From Mesotaenium endlicherianum (taxonomy: Eukaryota), in the NCBI GenBank assembly GCA_009602735.1, contig WELA01001736.1:298748-336241 (forward strand): a DNA stretch of 37,494 bases. Reading direction: 5' to 3'. Of this stretch, positions 1 through 10,847 are shown piece by piece. Position 1 is the stretch's first letter, and each line of letters starts with the position of its first letter. The translations under genes were made by a program, and so were the position numbers. The notes beneath the pieces are model-generated. The model did no database searches, was not told where the DNA came from, and worked only from the letters and a program-made list of their open reading frames with translations.

Positions 1-605
1 GCTGGCGGCGGCGGGGGGGGCGCCGAACAGGGCCCCCCGGGAGGGAGACGCCGCGCTGTAGGCGGCCCTCTGGATGCGCGCGGCGTGGCGGGCGCGCTGC
101 TGCCGGCGGGCGGCCCCCTCCCTCAGGGCCCGCCTGCTGGCCTCCTGCGTGCCCAGAAAGGCCGCGACCTCCGCCTGCCACACGGCGACAGGTGGCAGCG
201 GGCTGGCGGGGGGAAACAGCGGCTGGGGTGCGCCGCCGTGAAGTGCCTTCCCCGGACCTGCGCAAGAGGGGGCAAACGAGCTGAGGCTCAGGAGTAGCTC
301 TTTGTGGGATGCCAGAGCCTGAGAAGGAGCCTGGAGGCGTTAGTTGCGCGTTCCCGCTCCTCACATGTGCCGCAACTGCAATGGGCGGCGACGTAATCAA
401 CCTGGTCCACTGATTTGAGTCTTTGAAGGGTGGAATTTCTCTTCCACCGAAGCAAGATACGTTGGAAAGTGTGATACTAGCTGTCCGGCAGAGCTGCACA
501 GCCTGCACTGCTGCACGAACAGGCACGGCATACTAGAAACTTCAACCATGTGCAGGAATAACATCTGCCCCCTCCTCACCCAGAGAATTCTAGATGCTTC
601 CCATC
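1..605 (-). CDS. Putative exons of unknown function, phase-compatible with the methyltransferase exons
   Basis: Candidate exons 605-580 (DGKHLEFSG), 502-402 (LCSSAGQLVSHFPTYLASVEEKFHPSKTQISGP) and 257 to <1 (PGKALHGG...WQAEVAAFLGTQEASRRALREGAARRQQRARHAARIQRAAYS...). Each has a CAG acceptor, the first two have GT donors, phases run 0/2/1, and there are no stops. No recognisable domain. Confidence 0.4.
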
Positions 606-707
606 CTGGCCTCTAATCCCTATCCCCCCCCCCCCAAACCTCTGAAGTGCTAGCAAGCGCGCTTTACCTTGGCTATTTTGACATGCGGCGAGAAAGGAGG
701 AGCTCAC

Positions 708-2489
708 CAGGAACTTGGCGACCACCATGGACGAGTCCCACACGGTGGTCCCCACGTGGTTGGTGTTAGGGTCCTGCCGCCACATCGGCGTTCCCCACGC
801 GCACGCGCCACCTCACAGGCAGCGCACGACCAAATTCAGGTTCAGGGGAGGGGGTTCGCAGGGATGGGGCTTTGGGCTTAGGGGCCCGGAATGATTGCAT
901 GCAGCCATGCGTCTTTTCATGTAATTATGGTGTTCATAAAAATATAACACTGATGTTATCCAAATATGAGCGTGCCTGTTGGCAATATAGTGATTCCAAT
1001 CTCAAAGCCCCGCCCAGCCAGCCCGCCCTCCTCCCCCCTGCTCCCTCGGGAGGCTCCCTTCCCCTCCCCAGCCCCTGCCTGCCTATATCACATCTACAAA
1101 GAGGAAGAGTAGGGCCTCTCTGGCAAGCAATCTCTCGCAGGTCACCCTTTTGCAACTCAGCTGCTGTCTCGCTGGGGACCACCTGCCCAGCGACTCAGCA
1201 CCGGTCACCGTCAGTCAGCATCAGCCAGCACCAGTCAGCACCGGTCAGCGATGGCCAGCGCTAGCGGACACTGGTCAGCACAGGTCACTATCGAGCACAG
1301 CACAGGGCGGCATTGATCGCCAGTGGTCCAGCATCGGTCAACAGAGGTCAACAGAGGTCATCCCTGAGCCACTTCGGCAGCCGCAGCTACACTCTCTCAC
1401 ACAAGCCGGGGCAGCTAAGGGCTGGCGGTGTACCCTGCTGCTGCTACCGCTGCTGCTGCTGCTACTACAGCCGCTGCTGCTGCTACTACAGCCGCTGCTG
1501 CTGCTACTACTGCTGCTGGCCTTTCATTCACGTCCTTGCTGCTATATCCCTCGCTGGCTGCTGCTACGAGGTGTCAAGCATGCAGTGAGATGGTACCAGC
1601 AGCGACAGCAGCGAGCGTGGATGACTCCATGGCTTGGAGTGCATGTGGGGCTACGGCTCTTATGGCTCTGAGGGGAAGAAAGCCAGGCTCTGTTGTGGTT
1701 TGGCTCAGCTGTAGGGCAGAGCAGATATTCATTATACTGATACATATACATATATATACATATATACATATCTACATATATATATGTACAAACATGTATA
1801 TATGTACATGTATATGTACATGTATATATGAACATATATATGTACGTATGTGTAGATATACGTATGTATGTATGAAGTGAGCAAGATCAAAATAAATAAT
1901 CACCTGCTCTATGCGGACGGAGTGGCCCAGCACCTCGATCTCCACTGCCGTGCTCTGCGGGGTGTTGAACCTGCCTCAGCAAGCGTGTCTCATATGAATA
2001 GACATATCATTTGACTCATATGCACGCGTCCACGCACGTTGTGTGAGTGTGCGTGCGCAGGCGTTCGTGTGGCTGTGTGTGCATGCGTGTGTGTGTGTGT
2101 GTGTGTGTGTGTTTTGGGGAGGGGGGTGCGTCACATGACAGCTGGAAATTCTGTGATGCAACAGTCGTCAGGGGGTTGCAGCTGAGGCGTAGAGGTCAAG
2201 CAGTTGTGCAAATGATGGACTGAGCTCTTCTGGATCAGTTAATGTGAGTGCTCATTGCCTATGCCATTGGGTGGGGGCCTGTCTCCTTCAAAGTTCCCAC
2301 AAAGGCTAGGCCGCAGCGCTGGATTTGGCATATCGTGCATAAGCCTCTCAGGATGTACCAACAAGCAGGAAATGCTGCTGCTGACATAAGGGAGCATGAA
2401 GAGTAGATCTGCGCCTGCAGACACCAAAAAATGGAGCCCTATTCCTATATCAGCAGAAGGATTCGGAATGAATGCTACCTGTCTTCCAT
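708..2489 (-). CDS. METTL21-like (Methyltransf_16) protein-lysine methyltransferase, 5' exons (partial)
   Basis: Three GT-AG exons join in frame: 2489-2479 (MED/R), 1970-1904 (FNTPQSTAVEIEVLGHSVRIEQ), 773-708 (DPNTNHVGTTVWDSSMVVAKFL). GTTVWDxS is the N-terminal motif of plant METTL21A-type methyltransferases. The SAM-binding ELGxGxG exon is not in the window. Confidence 0.85.
1190..1355. repeat. Degenerate 10-bp-period tandem array (ccrgtcagca-like)
   Basis: ccggtcaccg tcagtcagca tcagccagca ccagtcagca ccggtcagcg ..., in a methyltransferase intron. Confidence 0.7.
1434..1520. repeat. (CTG/CTA)n trinucleotide array with a 21-bp higher-order unit
   Basis: ccgctgctgctgctactacag repeated; this is the source of the poly-L/A/C pseudo-ORFs. 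Confidence 0.9.
1740..1875. repeat. (TA/TACA)n microsatellite
   Basis: Directly visible tacatatata/tatgta run. Confidence 0.9.
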
Positions 2490-3586
2490 TTTCAAGTGAT
2501 CGGGCAGCTGAAGCCGACCAAAATTCAAGAGCTCAAACTGACATCACTTACTGCACTCGGTTGCACAGCTGGACGATTATCACCTACGATGCGTCACAAT
2601 GTGGTCAATAGTCCCATCAGACGCACCATGATTTCGTACTATAGACGCTCATCAATCTGCCAGTGCAAGGAGTCTTCCTCTCAGCCACTTCTAGCTAGCG
2701 CAGAAAAAAGCAGGCACAATTCGAAGGTCCATGCAACCAGCAGACAACGCTGACCGCTGACTCCCGCTCGTGTGTTACCCTCCAGTTGCACGCCATGGCT
2801 CCGGCCAACGGCCCACTCCAGCCATTTTCAGCTTCACATTGCTGGCTCTATTGGGCTGTACGGTCACCGGTCCTCACTCGGTACCCATCGCAAGCTTTGC
2901 CTTAATGCCTGGGTGGGACTTGACTGGCAGTCGATGCTCACATATAATGCTTATCATGCTCATATATTATGTGCAAGTCGGCATATATACGATACACTTT
3001 CTATGTACGTTCTGTGTACAAATAGTATAATTCTTTTCCAATGCAGACGAAGCGCCGTCAACTGCCGTTAATGGCCGTCGAGCAAAGTCGAGCACCAACA
3101 TCTGAATTACAACTGATGGTGACGCCTTGTGACGTGCTTGCGTATCCTTGCACGTTGACCACGGGCTCCTGGAACTTTGGAGCCGGAGTTTTGTCCGACG
3201 TGGATGGCGGACTTCAAAGTTCACACACTGACGAATTTCGAGTGAGGAAGAGGGCACATTTTGTGATGGCAGCTCGCATCAACCGCTAATGGAGAGTTTC
3301 CCCAGTTCTTCTTTCCTTCCCGACTGAACCCATTACCTTCAGATGTTTTTCTTCTGACAAGGAGGCTACGTCCTTGAACAGTCATGAACTATTGATGCAT
3401 CCGTTTTTAGGAGTTGCTCGAACCCCGCCCCTTACTCCCGATCGTTCTCACGTGCTCATGCCAGAATATATTGCTCTAGGATCACCGACTGTCGCAGTGA
3501 AGTTGCCTCTTGACGTTGCGCGCCACTTAACTCCACTTGAAGTTAATTTTAGGGACTGACCAGGCGTCTCCCGAGAGCTCTGTTAC

Positions 3587-6500
3587 ATGGGCCGCCATGG
3601 CCATGGCGGGTTTGACAGTTCTGGCGGGGGTCTCGACCCTCCTGATGATGAATATGGCGACAGCAGCCAGTCGTACGACGTAGGGAGTGGGTCGCAGGCT
3701 GTGTCGGAGGTTTTTGACCAGATTGGTGGTGGAGGCTTTGGAAGTGGCGGTGGCGGTGGCGGTGGCGGCTTCTTCGGACCAGGGAGTGCCTTTGGCGGTG
3801 GAGGAGGCATGCCACCTCCTGCCTCTCCAGGTGGCAACTTTTCGGACATGGGCGGGCTACTCCCTCCTGGGGGCGGTTTTTCGTCAGACGGTGGCATGCC
3901 AATTCCTGACGCGGATCCATATGGCCCCGGCGGCTCCAGTTTTGACATCCCTTACAATCAGGGGCGCCATCAGGAGGGCAGCTTTGGGCCGGGGTTCCAG
4001 CCAGGGTCAAATTCTCCCCGGGGGGGCGACCAGGAGGGGACTGACAGGAGGTACGGTTGGGCTGGCTCGCTGGCTACCACGCTGGCAGCTGGCGCAGCAG
4101 GGGCTCTTGTGGGGGGGGCTGCTTACAGCGCCCTTCGCTCCAGGTGGGACACTGGGGCAGATGACAGGTGGCCCGGGGGTTATGCCCCTGGGGATAGCAG
4201 CCCACTCCCAGTGCACGAGTACAGCAGCGGGCATGCGCCACCTGTGCACGGGGGGACCTATTTGGCGGGAAGGCGGAGACCCCGCGTGCAGCCCGGGTGG
4301 CTGTGCCTCCTCCCCCTCTTCAACATTGCCGTTGTCATACGTGAGTTTGTTTTTTCCCCCCTCCCTCAGCACGAGGGTTGCCCCTGTGAGAAACTCTTCC
4401 TCTCTCTCTCACCACAGTGCGCTTTGCGCAGTGATAACTTTGCAGTGGGTGTAACACTGCTCAGTGGGTACCCTACGGAGGGTGTCTCTGTGCTTTGAAT
4501 ATTCTTTGAATCGGTCACACGTTGCTTCTGGTACGTGACTCTCCCTGTTTGCCTTCTCTCACTGCAGCCACTTGGCCCCTGCGCTGACTTACGTCCATGT
4601 CCTTCTGTTCTTTCCCTCGAGATAAAATCGAAGTGAAATTCGAAAATAATGAATGAAATGCGCTAGAAGTCATCTTGACGTGTACCAACCAGAGAAGCTT
4701 CCAACTTACACAGTCATCGGGCCGATCGCTGCAGCTGCCAGGGGGAGCCTGGCAGCAGTTCACGCATGGATCCCTGGTCTGTGACTTCTTATAAAAGGAA
4801 ATGAAAAATGCAGCACTCTCCATCAGAGCTTTCAATACAAGTGAGGGCCTGAGTCGTCGAGTATAACTTCGACTCTGGCACTTCGACGATAGTGTGAGGC
4901 CCTTACCCTGAGGGGCTGCTCTCTGCATGCCAGGCTGACCGGGCTGATGACTGGTGAGATGACTTCTGTTGACTGGCCGTTGACTGCTTTGACCGACAAG
5001 TTGATTGGTATTGACTTAGTTTGACCAGTGTTGACTTTCTCCTCCTGGTGGCAGTGGCCATATACCTGGTGTTTGGAGCCTACACCCCCCGGAGAGTGGA
5101 CCTGGGCGTGCAAGAGTCCCGCCTGCTCACGGCCAATCACCTGCTCTATCGCTCCATCAAGGTAAGAGAGAGAGGGAGAGGGAAAGAGGGGGCGGGAGGG
5201 AGGGATTGGAGGGGGGAGGCAACGAACATCCTGAATGTCAAAAAGCGGACCTGCAGGCTGCGAAACAAAAAGGTCAGTTTTCTAGTCAACGGACGGAGGC
5301 AACAGGACGGGGCTACAGTGGGGTTAACACCAAGTGGGTCGGGGTCATCCAGGGTGGGTGCTACCGGGCGACAACGATTCCCACTAGCTGGAAACATTTT
5401 GCCCATTTCTTGCAATTTTTTTGCACCACGTCGCAGAGCTCTGCAGGCACCTAGCGTGCAGGCAACTCGAGGCAATTCGAGGTGACTTGAAGCAACAGCA
5501 GCTACAGGTCACTGCAGGTGCTCCCTCGAACCGCATCGCACTTCGAAGCGTGCGAGACAGCGCACCCGGAGCTGGTCCAGAGCAGTCTCCAGTGGTCCGG
5601 AGCAGCTCGGAGGCACATGTGGTCGGTAGCATCTATATAATCGCCCTTGTTTCACATTCCCCGCATTGCTCGAGCTAAAATTGTATAGCGACACGCCCGT
5701 TCTCCACTTACACGTGATTTCGTTCATCGGATTCTTCTCCAACAGTTTCCTTACGAAGGTAGACTTTTGAGGCACACCGTCACACAAGTTCGACAAGGTT
5801 TTGACGATTATGACACATGAAGTACACACTTATGTTACATTGTTACTCTGCCCCTTATTTTCTTTAAGACGCTTCCCATGCAACAATGTCAACAAGCCCT
5901 TGAAAGTGTGCAAGTCACAACTAGATCGATTGATTCGAAAAGCTAAAAGAACCAATCTTATGTCGATTGGGTGGGATGAGAATTCAAACCCGCAGTGGGA
6001 TTTCTATCTTGAAGTTCCACAAAGAACAACGTTCTACAAATTTGTCATTACAATTTGAGCAAATAATATTTTTACCCTTCAAAGTCTCAAAATGAACGTG
6101 AAGTACCCTCCAACTTTCAAAAACTGTGAAAATATCCTCAAGTCATATTGTAGTGAAACAGATAGATAAAGTACTTAGTAAAAGATAATACTTTATCTAT
6201 TCAAGACAAGGATCTTTGAACACAAGTGGTAGCTTCTTGAAAGAGAGATGGCTTCTTGAAAGTCAATATATTTCTGGATTTTGGCAAGTACGAGAGTGAT
6301 TCTGGAATGTCTTTCTATGTTCTAGCTCTTGTTTATATACTTGCTACATAAGTAATTTCTAGGAAAGTGTATGTTGATGTGTTGGCACCCAACACATCCC
6401 AAAACTTGCCACCTCTTTCTAGAATAATGTACACATGTNNNNNNNNNNNNNNNNNNNNNNNNNNNNNNNNNNNNNNNNNNNNNNNNNNNNNNNNNNNNNN

Positions 6501-9500
6501 NNNNNNNNNNNNNNNNNNNNNNNNNNNNNNNNNNNNNNNNNNNNNNNNNNNNNNNNNNNNNNNNNNNNNNNNNNNNNNNNNNNNNNNNNNNNNNNNNNNN
6601 NNNNNNNNNNNNNNNNNNNNNNNNNNNNNNNNNNNNNNNNNNNNNNNNNNNNNNNNNNNNNNNNNNNNNNNNNNNNNNNNNNNNNNNNNNNNNNNNNNNN
6701 NNNNNNNNNNNNNNNNNNNNNNNNNNNNNNNNNNNNNNNNNNNNNNNNNNNNNNNNNNNNNNNNNNNNNNNNNNNNNNNNNNNNNNNNNNNNNNNNNNNN
6801 NNNNNNNNNNNNNNNNNNNNNNNNNNNNNNNNNNNNNGGGGGCGGGGGGGGTGGGGGTGGCTTTTGGGTTCTGTTGGCGTAAGCAGAGCTGGGCCTTCTG
6901 GCTCAACAGGGGCTCCACGGTGACCGTCAGATTCGGCATCCAGCGCGGTGCGGCCCTTCATTTCGTGGTGCTCCGAGGTGTACCTTCACACACTCCCCTC
7001 TGCTCTCCACTTCTCCTCCCCTGCCCCATTCCTTCCCTTGCCATTGCTCTTCCTGCCCTTCTCCTCGCCTGCCCTGCCCTTTTCCTTTTCTCTGGCCTCT
7101 CCCTCCTACCCTTCCCCTGGGGCGGGGGCTGAAGCCGCGGCCGGAGGCTGGGGGTCTGTGTCGGTGCTCACTTGATAAAGTCACGCGCGAGTGCACATGC
7201 TCATCCATGCACACATGCACGCATGCACACGCTCACTCAACTGACTCTTTTTTTGTGCATAAATGCACGCTCGCACACTTGCACGTCTTTTCTGAAGTAT
7301 CTCTAGTGCACACAAATCCACGCGTGTGGGCATGCATGCGCACAATTCACCTTTCCCCTTCTGCGCGGAGACATGCGTAGGCACATGCACACGCACACGC
7401 GCTCACACGCGCGCGGCGCGCCTGCACACTCACACACACATAAAACACACCGTCACGTTCACCCATAGAGAGACACCCACACATGCGCACGTACTCACAC
7501 GCACGCTCGGGCGCACGCACGCTCGCAGGCACGCCCGCACACCTGCACAGGCACATACACAAATACGTTCATAGACGCGCACATACTCACACGCGCACGC
7601 ATGCTCGCGCGCAGGCATAACGCGGCTGGAGGAGTGGAAGGCCATCCCCGATGCCTTCCAGGCCTTCGAGATGCGCAAATACATCTCCGGTACGCCCGCA
7701 CGCACGCACGCGCGCGCACACACTCGCCAGAAATGCTCGCCCCCCCCCCTCCCCCCTCCTNGTGCGAGAGGGGAGTGCAACGCACCCAGCCGCACCTCCT
7801 AGTACTGAAAGATCATGTCCCTACATGTAAAACACGAAAACACGTAGACACTCATTGCCCCTCGCTTTGGACCCAAAGCCTCCCCTCCTGGGGGAGGTTA
7901 TTCACGAGCAATCCTGGCCTTAGCCCCAAACTCGAAACCCGACACCGAAGACTAACAAATACACCCCCACGAGAGCAGGCCTGCGGGAAGGGACCCGGCT
8001 TAGAATGTCTCTCTCCCTCGTTGCGCCGTCGCGCCCCAGCTGGCCACTCCGTGTGCGGCGGCAGAGGTGGCGTCAGCTGCGGCAGCCGCAAGGGCTCCGG
8101 CTGCGCGCAGCAGCCAGGCGGCCTCCACCTTGCGGCACACGGCTACTCTCTCAAAGCCGAGGCGCGCGCTCGCTCGCGATACCCCTCGCTCGTTGCTTGC
8201 GCTCACCAGCACCGCCGGAGCCTCCAGCTGTCGCCTCCAGCCGTCGCCGTCAGCTGCCTCTCTCTGCCTCTCCTCTTGCGTCTCTCGCTGACAGTCCATG
8301 CGCCGCAGGCAGGTGCAGCAGTGCGCCGGCACGCGTGCCCCTGCGTGCTGCTCCATGCGCACGCGTGTGCCTGCCTGCCTGCCTGCCAGAGGGGGCGACG
8401 TGCGACGCGCAGGGTTGGAGCCAAGCGGGGCTCGTTTCAGCGACAATCGTGATGGTCCTGTGAGATGGCGGCGTAGAGATGGGGACGATGATGTTGCCCT
8501 TGCCTCCCTTGACGTGTGCGTGTGATGTGGGGGGCGGGGGGGGGGGGGNNNNNNNNNNNNNNNNNNNNNNNNNNNNNNNNNNNNNNNNNNNNNNNNNNNN
8601 NNNNNNNNNNNNNNNNNNNNNNNNNNNNNNNNNNNNNNNNNNNNNNNNNNNNNNNNNNNNNNNNNNNNNNNNNNNNNNNNNNNNNNNNNNNNNNNNNNNN
8701 NNNNNNNNNNNNNNNNNNNNNNNNNNNNNNNNNNNNNNNNNNNNNNNNNNNNNNNNNNNNNNNNNNNNNNNNNNNNNNNNNNNNNNNNNNNNNNNNCCCC
8801 CCCCCCCTTCCCACCCCGGGCAGCGCCCCCGCACGCATGCACGCACGCATGCACGCACGCACGCACGCACACGTTCTCGCATGCACCACGGTTGTCTGCG
8901 TCTCTGCTCCGTCTGTCCGTACAGGACCATTGCTCGGAAACTGCACCTGCCCGCCTGTCTCGGGGCTTTCTTTGCCGGGCCCTGGGCTCTCGGTCTGCGA
9001 CTGCGCTGCTTCGCCTCTGGGCCCCTTGCAGACTTGGACTTGTGTTCAAGTGTTCTGTGCCTGTGTATGTGTGTGTGTGCGTGTGTAAGCGTGCGTGTGT
9101 ATGTGCTCGCGTGCGTGCATGTGCGCATGTGTGCGCGTGTGTGTGTGCGTGTGTACGTGTGTACGTGTGTGCGTGTGTGTGCAAGTGTGCGTGTGTGTGT
9201 GTGCGTGTGTGTGCATGTGTATCTCGGCGTCTCTGGCTGTCACAGATGAACCTGGGTATGTGTGAGCGGTCTGAACAGATAAACCTGCGCATGTGGCCGC
9301 TAATCGCGCAACCGGTTCAGTTGATTTCGACGAACCTGATCAAACCTGGCCGGTGCTTGCATGGGCGGTGTCCGCGGCGCGTGCAGATGAACCTGATGTT
9401 TGAGGTCGCGAGCACCGCCTACGACGTCAGCGCCTCGACAGCCGCGTGCACGCTCTGGCCCGGCGGCAGAACCTGCCACGTGGCGCTCTCTCTCTTCCGC

Positions 9501-10644
9501 GGCTGCGCCGTGCTGGACACCCCCGCCGGGCTTCAAGTAAGCAGGGCAGGCAGTCGCCGCCTGTCGCTCCTGTCCTCTACGCCCACCTTTTCCTTCTTCC
9601 TCCACCCCTCCCCTCCCAGACCCCCCTCTGGTGCACATTCCCCTTACCCCCCCCCCCTTCTCGCCTCTCCCCCCCGTGGGCACCTAGGCCCCATCTTCTC
9701 CTCTCTCATCTCGCTCTACTCTTCCAAGTCTCTAGTCTTTTGGTCTGTGACACAAGTATGGGGCCACCTATTCCTCCTCTGTTCGTAATCACATGCCACC
9801 CCGCATTGCGCGTATGCGTGCGGGGGTGCACTCGGGTGCTCGAGCGCGAGCGCGCGGGGGTGCAGGTGCGCGTGCAGGTGTGCGCGGGGGCAGAGGCGTG
9901 AGCGCATGTGAGCCTCACAATTATCGTTGTTTGGAGCGCTCGCTTTGTGTCACTGACCACTCGCATGTCGTATCATTGAGGTTTTTTGAGGTTTTGAAGT
10001 CTTGCGATTCTGAGTATTGAGCTCAATGCTTCCTCCTGTGGCGGAGGCGCTGGCATCTTACGCATTCAGGGGCCCGTGCACGCGTGCGCGATTGCGCGCA
10101 TGCGTGCACGCGTACAAGCCTTGAGCAGTGGGAGTGGGCCCCTGGACTAAACGGGAGCATTCTGCATGCACTTAGGGCTTGTCAGATGTGACAGGCCCTA
10201 CCTAACTGAGCATGCGGATTGGTGAATGAATTGCTGCGTCTTTCCACCTCCTCTCCACCTCCTCTTCCTCCTCCTCCGCTCCTCCTACTCCTCTTTGTCC
10301 TCATCCTCCTCCAGCTCCTTGTTCTCTTGGTTCTCTGCCTCTCAGACTATCCTCCTTTTCCTCCTCCTCCTCCTTGCTGTACTTGTATTGGTGCTGACTC
10401 GTTGTCTGTATTGGCGTTGTGTGCGTGTGGCGCCGCCCCGCGCAGAGCGACGAGGTGTGGAGCGTCCAGGTGTCACACAGCCCTCGCTGGCGCTTCTACC
10501 TCGTACTCATCCGTAAGCTTCCCCTCCTCCTCCTCCTCCTCCTCCTCGCGCCACACCATCACCTCTCTTTGCTCTCTTCTGCGGATCACCTATCCTCGCG
10601 GCATCTGGACTCGCACTCTCAGAGCGTGCGCGTGCATGCTTCTC

Positions 10645-10680
<36 letters not shown>

Positions 10681-10814
10681 CTCATGCGTGCTTGTTTGTG
10701 TATATGTGTGTCTGTGCGCGTGTGTGATTGTTTGTGTATGTGTGTGTGCCTGTGCATGTGTTTGTGATGTGTAGGTATGTATGTATGGGTGTGTATATAG
10801 TGAGTGTATAAGTA

Positions 10815-10847
<33 letters not shown>

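Noticed and set aside
1150..1880. Poly-Leu, poly-Cys and poly-Ala ORFs resembling signal peptides or metallothioneins
   Set aside because: Translations of an intronic CTG/CTA microsatellite.
5320..6438. Possible decayed transposon in APD intron 2 (AT-rich block)
   Set aside because: Composition is suggestive, but I found no recognisable protein motif or termini, and the right end falls in a gap.
7990..8520. GC-rich intronic segment with exon-like stretches on the minus strand
   Set aside because: No recognisable domain or consistent exon chain; cannot support a nested gene.
8000..9292. Long ORFs of 250-430 aa spanning 8000-9292, and similar ORFs across the other gaps
   Set aside because: They run through N gaps and (CA)/(TG) microsatellites; the HTHT/VCVC translations are repeat artefacts.
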